This document shows, piece by piece, positions 14,999 through 29,469 of a stretch of DNA of 64,000 nt; position 1 is the first letter of the stretch; each line of letters starts with the position of its first letter. The stretch lies in assembly GCF_009914755.1 (NCBI RefSeq), contig NC_060933.1. One strand, given 5' to 3'. The notes beneath the pieces were generated by a model that saw only the letters and a program-made list of their open reading frames with translations, had not been told where the DNA came from and did not search any database. The stretch is from the human T2T-CHM13v2.0 reference genome, Homo sapiens. A program made the translations under genes and the position numbers.

Positions 14999-15038
14999 CT
15001 TCTTCTTCTTCTTCTTCTTCTTCTTTTTTTTTTTTTTT
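14999..15038. repeat. (CTT)n plus poly-T
   Basis: Seen directly. Confidence 0.9.
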
Positions 15039-17322
15039 GGTCTTGGTTAGCCTGGCTAGAGGCTTATCAATTTTATTGATCTTTTCAAATAATGAGCCAT
15101 TAGTTTCATTAATTTTCTCTACTCATTTCCTGTTTTAAATTTCATTGATTTCTGCTCTAATTTTTATGATTTCTTCTGCTTGCCTTTGGTTTATATTGTT
15201 CTTCTTTCTCTAGTTTTCTAAGGTAGATGCTCAGATTATTGATTTTATATTGCATTCAGTGCTATAAAATTTCCTCTAATCACTGCACTTGCTGCTTCCC
15301 ATAAATGTTGATAATTGTATTTTCATTTTCGCTTAGTTCATAATAGTTTTTAATTTCTCTTGAGATTTCTGCATTGACCTGTGTGTTATTTAGAAGTGTG
15401 TTATTTAGTCTCCAAATATTTTGGAATTTTCTGGCAGTCTTTCTCTTATTGATTTCTGGTTTAATTCCATTGTGATCTTAGAGCAGATTTTGTGTGGTTT
15501 CTGTTCTTTTAATCTCGTTAGGGTGCTCTTTTGGGCCTAAAATGTGACTATCTTGGTGAATGTTCTGTGTGTCCTTGAGAAGAATGTGTATTGTGGTGTT
15601 GTTGGATGCAATACCCTATAATAATGTCAATTAGATCCAGTTGATTGATGATGTTGTTTAATTTAACTAGATACTGATTTTCTACTTGCTGGATCTGTCA
15701 GTTGTTGCTAGAGGATATTGATGGTGGATTTGTCTATTTCTCCTTGCAGTTCTGTTTTTGCTTCACATATTTTGTTTCTGTGTTAGGTACATACACATTA
15801 AAGATTCTTATGTCTTCTTGGAGAATTGACCCCTTTATCATTATGTAATGCCCCTCTTTATCCCTGATAATTTTCCTTGCTCTGACTTCTGCTTTGTCTG
15901 AAATTAATATAGCTACTCTAGGTTTTTTTAATTAGTCTTAGTATGGTATATCTTTCTCCAAACCTTTACTTTTAATCCAAATATATCTGCATTTTTATAT
16001 TTAAAGTGAGTTTCTTATAGACAGCATGTAGTTAGTTGGGTCTTTTTTTTTTTTTCAATCCTTTCTGATGATCTCTGTCTTTTTATTGGCATTTAGACCA
16101 TTCACATTTAAAGTGATTGATATGGTATATTAATATTACCACATTTATAATTGTTTTCTATTTGTTGCCCTTGTTCTTTGTTTCTTCTTTTGTCTTCCAT
16201 TCTTTTTCTCCCTTCTCTGCAGCATTTTATATGATTCTATTTTCTTCCCTTTCAACATATCAATTATTTTTTAAAAATAGTGATTTTCCTTAGAGTGTGC
16301 AGTATACATGTACAGTTAATCTGAGTCCACTTTCAAGTAACACTTTGACGCTTCATGGTTAGTGCCACATATCTTATAACAGAGTAGTCCCAATTCTTCC
16401 CTCCCTTCCCTTATAACATTGCTGTCATTCATTTCATTTATCCACATGGTATAATCATCCAGTATCCTGTTGGTGTTACTATTTTGAACAAACTGTTATC
16501 TGTTAGGTAAGAATGAGAAAAATAAAAGATTTTATTTTACTCTTATTTATTCCTTCTTTAACACTGTCCTTCTCTTTCTGTTTGTTTGAGTTTCTGACCC
16601 AAATTACTTACCTTCTCTCTGAAGAACTTTTAAAAATATTTCCTGCAAGGCAGATCTTCTGGCAACAAATTCCCTCAAATTTTGTTTTTTGTTATTTCTC
16701 CTTCATGTTGGTAGGATAATTTCACTGGATCAGATTTCTAGGTTGGTGTTGTTTTTTTTTTTTTTCTTTTAGGACTTTCAGTATTTCACCTATCTTCTTG
16801 CTTGCATGATTTCTGGAGAGAAATCCAATGTAATTCTTATCCTTATTCTTCTTATAAGTAAGGTTTTTTGGACCCCTTTTGCAAAAATATTTCAATATTT
16901 TCTTTTTGTCTTTTATTTTCTGCAATTTGAGTATGATACGCTGGGATACAGTTTTTTTGGTTTTTGTTCTGCTTGGTGCTCTCTGAGCTTCCTGGATCTG
17001 TGGTTTTGTGTCTGTCATTAATTTTGGAAAATTCTCAGCCATTGCTACTTCAAATATTTCTTCTGTTTTTTCTTTCTTTTCTTTCTGGTATTACCATTAC
17101 ATTTATGCTATACCTTTTGTAGTTATCTCACAGTTTTTGGATATTTGGCTCTATTTTTTACACTCTTTTTTCTCTGTTTTTTCTATTTATGAAATTTCTG
17201 TTTTTAGCAATTTCTTTTGATTCTCTCTTAGTTTCCATCTCTCTGCTTATATTATCAGCAGTTCTTGCATGTTGTCCACCTTTTCCATTAGAGCACTTTG
17301 TGTATTTTTTACTGGTATTTTA

Positions 17323-17694
<372 letters not shown>

Positions 17695-20600
17695 TCAGTT
17701 TTTTGCCTTTTAACATGCCTTATAATTTTTTGTTGAAAGCTGGACATGTTGTATCTAGTAGTAGGTACAGAGGTAATCAGCATTTTAATGTGAGGTTTAA
17801 AGCCTTGCATGATGTATTAGGTAAAAGGAACTGAGGTAAATAGGCCTTTAGTGTGAGGTTTTATGTTTATCAGGCTAGGAATTAGGCTGTGTTTACAATT
17901 TATTGTAGCTGTCAGTGTCAGAGGCTAAAATTTCCTCTCTGGTCCTTGTTTTTGTCTCACCTGTTGTCTTTGGGTTTCTTTAGAGATTCCTTAAATAGTG
18001 ACCAATCCTTGTAGTTCTTTCAGCTGTGATCCCATTAGCATACAGGAGTCCTGTTGATGTGGTGCTAAGGACTGGGCGAGGGGTAGTGTTCTAGAATCCT
18101 CTCATTGGTTCTCAGTCTTTTAGTGGGCCTGTGCCCCTGTGTCGTGACCTTTACATGTGCTTGTGAAATTTTTCTTTAACCCCTTAGGTGAGACAGGAAG
18201 GCTAGAGGAGTCTGGAGTTGGATATTTTCCTTTCCCTTGTGTTGAAAACTAGAGGGGTTGGAGAAGGACATTTCCCTTCCCCCATATCAATCAGACCCTG
18301 GTAAAACCCACTTTGGTTAGACCCTAGTAAATAGTTTCCCTTGAGGGCAGGCTTTTGTTGAATAGAACAGTATGTTCTGCAGGTATTTCAAAATGTTACT
18401 TTGTCCCTACCCCACCATGAGGAGATTTTTCTTCCATCTTAACTCTGAGAAGCTGGTGAAGCTCATGGAAGTTTTCGTCTTTCAAGCGAGTTCATCAGCT
18501 TGTCTTAAGTTGCAATTCTCTTTATTTGCTGTCTCTCCACTTTTAGGGGCAGTGGTTTGCTCTGTGACCTCAGTTCTCTGATGGATCTAAAAAGTTGTTT
18601 AGTTTCAGTTTGTTAAGGTTTTTTTCTTGTTACGAGGCATGGAGTGACAGCCTCCAAGCTCTTTACATGTTGGAATGGAAACCAGAAGTTTGTATCATCT
18701 CTTTTTGAAAATCTCTTTGTACTTCAGTTTGGATAGTTCCTATTGAACTCTTCCAATGCAGTGATTTTTGTTTTTTATCAGCTATATCCAGCTACTGATG
18801 AGCTCATTAAAGGCATTCTCCATTTCTGTTGCTGTGTATCTGATTTCTTGTGTTTTCGTTTCATTCTTTCCTATAGTTTCCATCTCTTTGCTTATGTTAA
18901 CCATCTGTTTTTGGATGTTGTCTAATTTTTCCATTAGAACCCTAAACATATTAATCGTAGTTATTTACAATTGCTTATCTGACAGTTCCAAAGTCTGTGT
19001 CATATCTAAGCCAGTTCTGATGTCTGCTGTCTCTCTTCAGGTTGTGTTTCTTTCCTTGCCTTTTAGAATACCATGTAATTTTTTTGTTGAAAGCCAGACC
19101 TGACGTATCTATTAATAGAAACAGAGGTCATGAGGATATTAGTGTGAAGTTTTATGTTTATGTGGCTAGGAACTGTTCTGTGTTTAATGTTCGCTGTAGC
19201 TGGAGATGCCAGAAGCTTCAATTTCCTCTTTTCTTTGTTTTTTGTTTTCTCTCCCTTTTCCTGTTGTCTTTAGATTTCCCTAGAAACTCCTTCTTAAATA
19301 GAATCTGTGTCTTGCAGCTGTCTCATTTGTAATCCACTCTTATTATATTGGAGTCTTTTTGATGTGGTTAAGTATTAGGGAGAGGAAGTAGTCTATACTC
19401 TCATGATTCAATCTCAATTATTATTATTTTTTAAGTGGGCCTGCATCCCTGGGCTGTGATCTTCAGAAAAATTTCATAGCCTTTTCTTCTCCCTTTATGT
19501 GAGATAGGAAGGCTCGACAGGCTGGAGTTGTCCAGTTGTCCTTCCCTTAGGTCAGATAAGTCTGTGGTAAGGTAGATTCTTTCAAGGGCAGGCCTTTGCT
19601 CTGGAGAACAGCACACTCTATGCTATTTCAGAATGATCACTTTTCCCCTGGTGTATTTTAAATGGTTATTTTCCACCCCCAACTCCACATTCATCTCACT
19701 GAAGGACAATGGGATTATTGTCTAATCTCCACCATGAGAACCTGTTCAAGCTCCTGGAGTTAAAATCTATGAAAATGTGATGACTCCCCTAAGACTGGAC
19801 CCCAGATTTTAACTCTCAAGCTAGTGCATACTCAGCTTCTAGCAGCTAAGTCAGTTACTGTTTAAACGTTCCTACCAGTTACCAGCCCCAGCCACTGCAG
19901 CTCCTGGTAAGCTGTATTTCTCTGCAGTTGACTGTCTCTGCAGATTTCAGGGTGGTTTGCTCTGTGGCCTCAATCCTCTGATATATCTAAGAAAACTTGT
20001 TGATTTTCAGTTTTTGCAGCTTTTTTCTTGTTGTAAGGATGGGAGTGATGACTTCCAAGCTCTGTACATATCAGGGCTGAAATTGAAAGTCCTCACCTGG
20101 TAGGTGTTGATGTTCTCCTATTTCAAAACTCTGCTGGAGGCTGTGGCACCCTTAAATTAGCTGGGAGACAGGGATACAGTAAGGGCTGTGGTTTGCTTAG
20201 TATCCCTGCCTCTTGTCAGGGACAAATGTTGGGTGGACCAAGCTGGGCTGGGAATCCTGAATTCAGGTCTGAAATGTGCTCTCTGGGCCTCAGTTTTCCC
20301 AGCTTTATAGTGGGGATAAGGCCAAAGCTCTTCCAGTACTCTATGCTTTAGTGACAATAACATAACCTTTAGTTCACTTGTTACCCGAGATAAGGAAATG
20401 GTTTTGGAATGAGTTGGTGTTTCATGGCAGTACTTCCCGATGCCAGCTTTGTCTTTATTGTTGCTTTAAATAACAAAATGGCTTTCTAATAAGAAGAGTG
20501 GAAATAGCAGTCATCACATGACATTGTATGAATAACCAGTAACTCAGAGCTTGTTTATCTTGGCTTTTTCCCCCATGATGAATGTGTTTTTAAAAGCATT

Positions 20601-21789
20601 TCCTCTGATAACAGGCTTGGCCTATAGGGCTTTCACGTGTTCTGGGAGGAGTGGAGTGGTCCTAGGTTGTGATAAACCAATGGCCCTCATTCATTCCTCC
20701 TTGTTTGCAAAGGAGACCTAGTGTTACACGTTGTCTGTAGGTTCTGAAGCCAAAACATGGGGAAATTGCCTCGCTTCTGGAATTTCCCCCAAGTTTTTTG
20801 GGGAAACTGAAATGTATGTCAAGGTTACCTTTTACTCATTTTCTTAGATGTTACTTAAGTCATTTAGGGGCAGGAAAAGCGTTGCACATGCTTTGTTTGC
20901 TCATAAAACTTTCATGTTGGGTTTATACATTTAAAACTAGTTAGTTTAAATCATAGTCCCAGTTCTACTACTTGAATTCCCTTAAAAATGTTTAGTTGTA
21001 GATATGCATTGAGCTTCATGATGGGAAACTTCATAGGTTTAGGGGGCGCCTATTTTTTTTTAAACTTGTTCAAAAAAAGCAGGCTTGTCCTTGAATGGAT
21101 AAGAAATTATTGCCATTTTAGGCAAACAAACTCAGAGGTGTAATTTCTATTTTTAAGGCTGTTTCCCAGCATGTGGCCTGGTGCCCCGTGAAGATGAAGT
21201 GCTCATTAATGTTTGTTGAATGAAGTAGTCAGTGCAGTAACGTACTCACATTTCTGTCCTTTAAAGTTTGACAAGAAGGTGCCTAGAAGCGAAGGAGGCT
21301 CTGATTCCTTGCCTTCCTCGCTCAGCAGTGGTCTTTCTTTTGAATCAATGGCATTGCTGCTGGGGGCAACAGTGGTAGCTGTTGGTGCCTCTGGTGTTGG
21401 TATTGAACTGTCACTTTTCTGGGCTCAGGACTGTGATGATCCAACAGGATCAGTTTTTCACATAAAACTATTTCTCTTTTCTGGATTTTAGCCTTATTCG
21501 GGGGCAGCAAAGGAAGTAAAGGCCAATAAGCACCTGACAATATTTTTACATTAAATTGTGTGATAATTACTCCCCCTTCATTAGAATACTGGGGGAAATA
21601 CTGAAATTTACTTGGAGTTTTACTTTTTTAGGATAGAATTCAGGGAGAATAGTTAGATATAGAAGAAATAGGAAAGACTGGACACAGGAATACACCATTC
21701 ACTGTTTTTCTGGATGGTATGTTGAGTAAGGGCAGAGAGGTGCTGTGGAGTGGGCAGAAGTGGGGAGTGAATGATGGCCTGATTGCCAA

Positions 21790-22190
21790 GGAGCCACCTT
21801 CTGTCACTAATTCAGTGATAAGCATGGAACACCTGCTGTGTACTCAGCATAGAGGCATGAGGTGGTCCCTGCCCTGAGCACACTCGTGTCGGGGAGATGG
21901 CAGTTTAGGAGCGTGGGGCAGGAGTGTTGAAGATTGAGTAGGAGGTCTTCAGATGAATAGGACAGGAGCCTTTGAGGCAGAAGGGACAGCATGTGCCCCA
22001 GGCTCAAAGTCAGGGAGTGGAGGGCACAGAGATTTGAAGTTGTGTTGGATACCAGGGGCGTGTTGAGAGATGAGGCTTGCGACTCCAGATGGGCAGGTTT
22101 AATGCTTGGCTGGGTTGGAATTTCATCTTGGGAGTGATGAAGTGTCAGGGGAAGGTTTAGGTGTGGGAAGGACCAGATCAGGCTCACGTT
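21790..22190 (-). mobile_element. L2 fragment
   Basis: Degenerate antisense L2 3' region (gtggtccctgccctgag…agcatgtgcccaggctca…). Confidence 0.5.
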
Positions 22191-22196
22191 TTAGAT

Positions 22197-22504
22197 TTGG
22201 GCTGATACAGTAGCCACAAGCCACATGGGGCTGTTGAGCCCTTGAAACTTGGCTAGTCCAAATCGAGATGTGCTGTAAGTGTAAAATACGTACCACATTC
22301 CGAAGACTTAGTATGAAAGATTGTAAAACATCACTAATAATTATTTCAGTATTGATAGGTTGAAATAACATTTTGATACATCGGTTTAAAAAATACAATA
22401 GTAAAATTAATTTCACTGTTTCTTTTTACTTTTTTAAATGTGTCTACTAGAAGATTTAACATTGCATATGTGGCTCATATTTTATTCCTGTTGGACAATG
22501 CTGT
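22197..22504. mobile_element. MER33 (hAT-Charlie)
   Basis: gtagccacaagccacatggggctgttgagcccttgaaa…aaaattaatttcactgtttc…tgtggctcata…ttggacaatgctg. Confidence 0.85.
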
Positions 22505-22544
22505 TCTCTACTCCTTGGGCTGAGGGAAGGCTGTATAGTGTAGT

Positions 22545-24800
22545 GATTGATTCATTCATTTGTGAATTCATTTATTCAACATGTATTTATAGATCGTCTG
22601 CTGTGGGCTGGGGCCTGTTGTGGGCATTGGGAATATAGCAGTGAATAAGATAAGACTCCTGCCCTGACAACTAAATGATGAATGGAATTCAGATACTGTT
22701 AAGTGCTGCGAAGAAAAAGGAAACGGATTTGGGATAGACAGGGGCAGGTAATGGAGTGGAGGGCTATTTGAGTTTGGGAGTCAGGAAAGACCTCTCTGAT
22801 AAACAGAGGCGTGCATGAAATGAGGAAGCAAACCTTGCAATTGGTGGGGAACAGCATTCTAGGTGAGGGAACAGTGAGTGCAAAGGTTGGAATGAGCAGT
22901 AGAAAGGCCACAGTGGCTAGATGGAGATGAGGGGGTGCGGCTGGTTAGGCAGGGGTAGCCAGGTCATGGAGGGTCATGGAGGCCACTGGGAAGGGGTTGG
23001 AGGATTTTATAAGGTTTTGAGCAGAGGTGTTGACAGGATCCAATTTACATTTTAAGAGGATCCCCTGGCTGCTATGAGGGAAAGAATGGAAATTAGAAGA
23101 CTGGTTGGGAAACTTAGAGGGAGCCCAGGTGAAATGTGATGCTGGTTTGGAAGAGAGGACAGTAGAGAGGTGGTGGAGAGAGAGTGAGGAGAGGCTACGT
23201 TGAATGAATGTCGATGTCAGACCAGCAGGACTTCCTGGCTTCCTTGGATGTGGAGCATGAAGGAATTGAGGCTAACCCCAGTCTAGGTATTGGCCTGAGC
23301 GCTGGGTGATTGGGAGCACCATTGCTAGATGGGGTGAGACTCTGAGGACCAGGTATAGGGGGAGTGGGGTGGAGGTGTGGAATGGGAGCCATTAGGTGAA
23401 TTTTAAGATGCCTCTGAGGTGCCCCAGTGCTGATGTTATGTAAGCTGTTGGATGTAAGTCTGGAGCGCAGGCGAGCAGTGGTCAGGGCTGAATATTAAAT
23501 TGCTGGATCATCTGCATATAGATGGCATTTAATAGTGAGACTTGACAGCTCACCTAGGGAATAAGCCTCAGACTCGGGGAGAGGAGGAGGAACCGGTCAA
23601 TGGACCAAGGAGCAACCAGCGAGGTGGGAAGATGCCAGAGGGGTCTTCAAAGCCAGGAAGAAAGGAGAGATCAAGCATGTCAGCTAAGATGAGATCTGAG
23701 GAATGTCCACTGGGTTTGGCAGCACTGGGCACTGGTGACTTTGGGAAGATGACTTCAGTGGAGTCCTGTTGGGGCAGAGCTGGCTAATTTGAGAGGAATG
23801 GAATCAACAGAATGGGAACTGAGGTAGAGCCAGTCAGCGTAGGTGCATTTTGAGTTTGCTCTAAAGAGGAACAGAGTTAGGGGCATGTTCCCTAGTGCTG
23901 ACATCACAGTCTGTTGCTATGCTGTGGAAAGCCTCTGGTCGGGAAGGGAAAACTGATGTTGCAGGAGAGCAGGGAAATTGCCAGCTCAGTGACCTCGGGT
24001 CCAAGCCAAGAGAAAGAAGTACAATTCCACTGGGGCAGCACGCAGGAAGAGTGACTTTAGAGTGCATTAGATCTGGTGGTGGGGAGATGAGTAGTTTTCT
24101 CCTGATTGCTTCTATTTTCTCAGGGAAAGTAGCTGTTAGTGGAGAGCAGGTTGTTTGAGGTTTGAGGAGAGAGGCGAAAGTCTCAAATGCCCATCTAGGA
24201 TCATGAATTGAGGAGGGAAATTGTTGGGCTGTACTAAGGGCCCACTGGAGGTTTGTGGTCACACATTTAAAGTCAGACAATCCACATGGTTTTGTGTGTT
24301 CTTCCAGTGTGGGGTAGGCAAGGAGTTGACTTGGGGTTTTGCCAGAGAATAAAAGGAGAGAGAGGTCTAAAGATGGAAAGATTAGGCAAAGGGGCAATCA
24401 TTGTGATGGGCTTGGTCTTGGCTGGGGAGGGATAGCAGTGGGGGAGGGGCATGGCAGGGCAAGGGTGACAGGGTGGTGGATTGCAGCTCCTGTGGGGGCC
24501 AGGATTGGTGGAAGGGTCTGGGAGTCAGGAGACAGGATGCTTGAAATTGAGATCATGGCATGGTGGTGTCATTGCTAAGGACAAGGTCTAGGGTGTTACC
24601 TGGGAGCAGGGGTTGAGCTGGTGGGCTGGGGACAGGGGAGAGAAAGGGGACTGAAAGAAAGGAGATCCAAGAACTGATTGATCAGAGTCAGATGAGTTGT
24701 TAGTATAGCCAAAATTGAAGACAGAAGTAATGGCGGCAGGAAAGTCAGTGAGCCAGGGGCCCAACTCACGGGCACACGGTGTCTAGATGATGCCACTAGG
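22545..24800 (-). mobile_element. L2 (long fragment including ORF2 relic)
   Basis: Begins ttcattcatttgtgaattcatttattcaacatgtattta (antisense L2 tail); minus-strand peptide TATFPEKIEAIRRKLL resembles the L2 ORF2 FTEKIEAIRREL motif. Confidence 0.8.
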
Positions 24801-26556
24801 CTGGTGGGAGGGGTTGTCTGGTGGAGGGTGTGCTGGGCTTGATGGACTTAGACTTCAGGCTGCTGCTGTTTGGAAGGAAGTTAGAGGGTCCATGCTGTAG
24901 AGATGGCAAGGAGTGGTGAGGGGGATACTCACCCTCTGGGGTGCCCCAGGCCCAGCCTCAGGTCTGCCACCCACTGGTTGATCTTGGGCAGGTGACTCTT
25001 CCTCATCTGCAGAGTGTAGATGACAATTACACGAACCTCCTCTGTGGATTGTGAGGAGTAAATGGACAAAACACATGGAACGCGCTGAAGCCCGTGTTCG
25101 GTTTATGGAAAGCACCACAGACTGGTCGCTCTTTTCACCAAAGCACATCTGTCCTTACATGGGGAAGATTCATTTCTAGAGAGAGATTTGCAAATGTGTT
25201 CCCCAAAATGGGATTGTTGGAGTGAGAATATAGCCTCCCAAGGGCACTTTGAGAGAAATGTACCCGGTTGGTTATGAGCATTCTGGCCTGTTGGTTAAGC
25301 ATTGGTCTTTAGGCACATCGTGAAGAAACAGCTAATGATACAAACTGGATTAAATTAATTCCGGAACTCTGTGTGACTCGAGGCAGACGTGTGGAGTCAG
25401 GGAAGGCCTTGGGCGTGAGGATGTGCCTGGCCGTGGCCCGAGCATGGAGAGGCTGGGGACCGCCAGAGTATCCTATTTGTACAGCCTTTATGCTTTCTAA
25501 GCTCATTTGCTACAGCAACTCCATGAAGGAGCCGTGCAGGATGAGGAGGGGCGTGGGGCTCAGCATGGTTAGGTCATGCCCAGGGTCCCTCACAAGCCTG
25601 GCTGTCCCCAGGTGCAAGCCCAAGGGGCATAAGACCCAGGGCCTGATTTAATGCAGGGCCACAAGGCTGGTCAGGGGTGAGAGGGACCTCAGTGGCCTGG
25701 CTGAAGCCCCTGGGCTGGCATGGGGCTGCCGACGAGGGTCCCCTAACCTGGCAGGAAGCTGCTTTATGGCCCAGGCCCTAGGAAGGAGAGGCTCACCATG
25801 CCATTTAGAGTGGCCCCCTCCTGATGACCTCTCTGGGTAGTGCCCCTGTGGGAGCAGATGGACATTGCCCCCCACTTTACATCATGGCCAGCTGCAGCGG
25901 GTTCACTAAGAGGAGCATCTCACCAAGGTGAAAAGTGTCATTGCAGGAGGTAAAGCCGCAGCTGCCAGCCCAGGGGCTGGTCCTAGAGAGGGCACAGCTG
26001 ATGCCCTCTGAGCTTCCATAAAGGCACATTGGGATGAGAGCTATTTGCAGTGATGGAAGCACCACCTGCACCCCACCTGGCCCTGGAAACACCATGTGCT
26101 GTGCTCAGAGCGTGTCCTTGTTGCGGGTCGTGTCACTCCACAGAATGAGCACTGCCCAGGGCTGGAATTGGCAACTTTGAATTTGTTCCTCCTGCTGGCT
26201 GACCTCTGAATAAACAGTCCTCTTGGGGACTCTGTGAAGCCTCCTTACCTCTACTCTTCTCCTTCGAGCCCAATGAGTCTTAATTGGCTCCATCTTTAGG
26301 TGTGATGATGGATACTGTCTGGACTGCAAACTCTTTGAGGGTGGGTGAAGTCTCTCCCTGCACCCTGCCCTGTGCTGTGTACTCAGGACCTGCTCGGCGA
26401 AAGTTTTGAGTGGATCACATGCCTGCTTACTTGCTCCTAAGGCGGATTTGGGGCCTAGGGCAGGAGATCAGGCCCGTTCCTCCCAGCATCTTTAGTGTGA
26501 TAATGCGCTTATCCCAGTGGGGAGCGTGGGTCATCTGAGATCACAGGCTGGGATTC

Positions 26557-26990
<434 letters not shown>

Positions 26991-27719
26991 TTTAGCGAGT
27001 AGTACATATTTGTTGAAAGAATGAATGGGAATCTTCTAGAATTTTCTAGAATATGTCTGCTCCCAGATTATTTGCTTCAGTTTGTTGTTCAGGAGTTGCA
27101 CAGGAGTGGGGACCTTCTGCCATGAGCAGCATAGGCTGGGAATTGGTGCAGAATTTGGAGACTGGAAGGTGCCTTGGGCCTGTGACCAAAGGTCCCCTCT
27201 GAAGCTCGTCTGTGTACTACAGTAAGAATAGTACCATCACTGGGTTATAAGAATCAGCTGAGATAACATGTAAAGTGCTTGGAATAGAACCCGGCAATAA
27301 TACCAGAACCTGGTATTATTTTCTTGGTCATTGTTTTACTTTCTGTTTTTTGAAGATGCTTTTAAATACCTCTTCATTCCAACATTATTTTTAAAAATGT
27401 GCTCTATTTATTATTTTTTTAGCATTTTTTCTTGTTTAGCTATTTAATCCATGTGGGATTTCTTTTTGTGTGTTTTTTCCAAGTGTCTCACTCTTATCTA
27501 TTTGTTGATAAACTCTTTGTTTTTTTACTATATCTGATTTTCTTTATAAAACTTGATGGAGGGAGTTGAAACTTCCTTCCCCAACCTCATTCCCCTCGCT
27601 CACCAGAGGTAACAACAATCTAATCTAATTTGGTGTTTATAATTCTCAGATCTGTTTTATAATAATGCTATATATGGATGAAACCATAACTATCCCAAGA
27701 GATCTTAGAATTTACATTT

Positions 27720-28335
27720 TCCTTTTGAAAAACTTATTTCGACATAATTTCAGGAAGTTTTAAGAATAAGAATACCCACCTGCCCTTCACCCACATTCCT
27801 CAAATGTTAACTGTTCCCACACTTACTTTTTCGTGTCTTTCTCTCTCTCCTCCTCTTTCCCCCACCCCACTGTCTTTATAAAATTCTTTTTCTAAACCAT
27901 TTGAGACAGAAGTGAAGGCATGATACTCCTTTACCCCTGAATACTTCAGAAATGTTTCCTACAAACAAGGACATTTACGTATATAACCACAATCTTTATC
28001 AGGAAATTAACACTGACAGAATACTCTTAGCAAATCTACAGACCTTACTCATATTTCACTGTATATTCCTATGTTTTTTATAGGAAAAGAAAACCCTGGA
28101 TTCTGAGTGAAATTGTTTTCCTGTCTCTTTCGTCTCTTCCAATTTAGGAGAGCTCCTCGGTCTTTGTCTTTCCTGACCTTGACATTTCTTATGAGTACAG
28201 GCCAGTTATTTTGTACACTGTCCCTCAATTTGGGTCTCTCTGATGTTTCCTTACAATTATATTCAGGTTAAGCACTTTGTGCAGTAATGCCCAGAAGTGA
28301 TGTGGCTTTCTCAGTGCATCATATGAGGAGACAGT
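27720..28335 (-). mobile_element. L1MC4/5-type 3' fragment nested in the older L1
   Basis: ttcacccacattcctcaaatgttaac…ttacccctgaatacttcag…aacaaggacatt…aatctacagaccttactca. Confidence 0.7.
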
Positions 28336-28765
28336 ATTACTTATTGAATAGTCTATTCCTTTTCCCACTGATTTGAAATGACACAATCACAGTTTTCTAA
28401 ATTCTGATATATACATGGATCTGCCATTGGGCTTTTTAGTCTTTTAAATTGATCAGTTTTACCTAATTATGTGCCTTTTTTTTGTTGTTTTTATTACTTT
28501 GCCTTCCTAGTGTGATGGCATATGTTAGTCTTTTAAAAAGTGTTTCAGATTTGTACCAGGGGGCTCTAAAAATCTGTTCTTCTACATGAGCTTTATATCA
28601 ACTCCACAAGGTCTCTCAGAAGTCCTATCGGGATTTTGACTGGAATCACATTGAATTTATAGATTAATTTTGAGAGAACTGACATATTTATGATATTATA
28701 TCTTCCCATGCAGGAATGTGTCTCTTTAGGTCTTTGATGTTTTTAGGAAAGCTTCAGGCTCCTGT

Positions 28766-29080
28766 TTTTTTTTTTTTTTTTTTTTTGAGACAGGGTCTTG
28801 CTCTGTTGCCCAGGCTGGAGTGCAGTGCCATGATCATAGCTCACTGCAGCCTCAATCAAACTCCTGGTCTCCAGTGATTCTCCTGCCTCAGCCTCCCAAG
28901 TAGCTGGGGCTACAGGCACACATCACCACACCTGGCTAATTAAAAAAAAAAAAAAGTTTTGTAAGGACAGAGTCTTACTATGTTGCCTGGTTTTGTCTTG
29001 AACTCCTGGCTTCAAGTGATTCTCCCTTGTTGGCTGCCTCAAAGCATTGGGATTATAGGCGTGAGCCACCACACCCAACC
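28766..29080 (-). mobile_element. AluJ
   Basis: atcatagctcactgcagcctc and cctggcttcaagtgatt; divergent dimer. Confidence 0.92.
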
Positions 29081-29164
29081 CATGCATATTTCTTAATAGG
29101 TTTGCTTATTAGTGTTTTGTAGTGTTATTTGTAGGATGTGATTCCTCCTCCCATTATATTTTCT

Positions 29165-29469
29165 TTTTTTCTTTTTTTTTTTTTTGAGATGGAGTCTAGC
29201 TCTATCGTCCAGGCTAGGGTGCAGTGGCGCAGTCTTGGCTCACTGCAACCTCTGCCTTCTGGGTTCAAGCTATTCTTCTGCCTCAGCCTCCCAAGTAACT
29301 GGAATTACAGGCATGTACCACCATGCCCGGCTAATGTTTTGTATTTTTAGTAGAGACGGGGTTTCATCATGTTGGCCAGGCTGGTCTTGAACTCCTGACC
29401 TCAAGTGATTCAGCCACCTCAGCCTCCCGAAGTGCTGGGATTACAGGTGTGAGCCACCACATCCGTTCC
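29165..29469 (-). mobile_element. AluSx/Sz
   Basis: Perfect 16-bp TSD tcccattatattttct at 29149-29164 and 29471-29486. Confidence 0.96.

Noticed and set aside
21213-21491. 92-aa ORF with a hydrophobic stretch (possible exon)
   Set aside because: Does not match the remembered ZNF618 sequence, and no convincing acceptor-donor pair was found.
23861-24397. Longest ORF in the track (178 aa, minus strand)
   Set aside because: Lies in a decayed L2; only a short L2 ORF2-like motif is recognisable.
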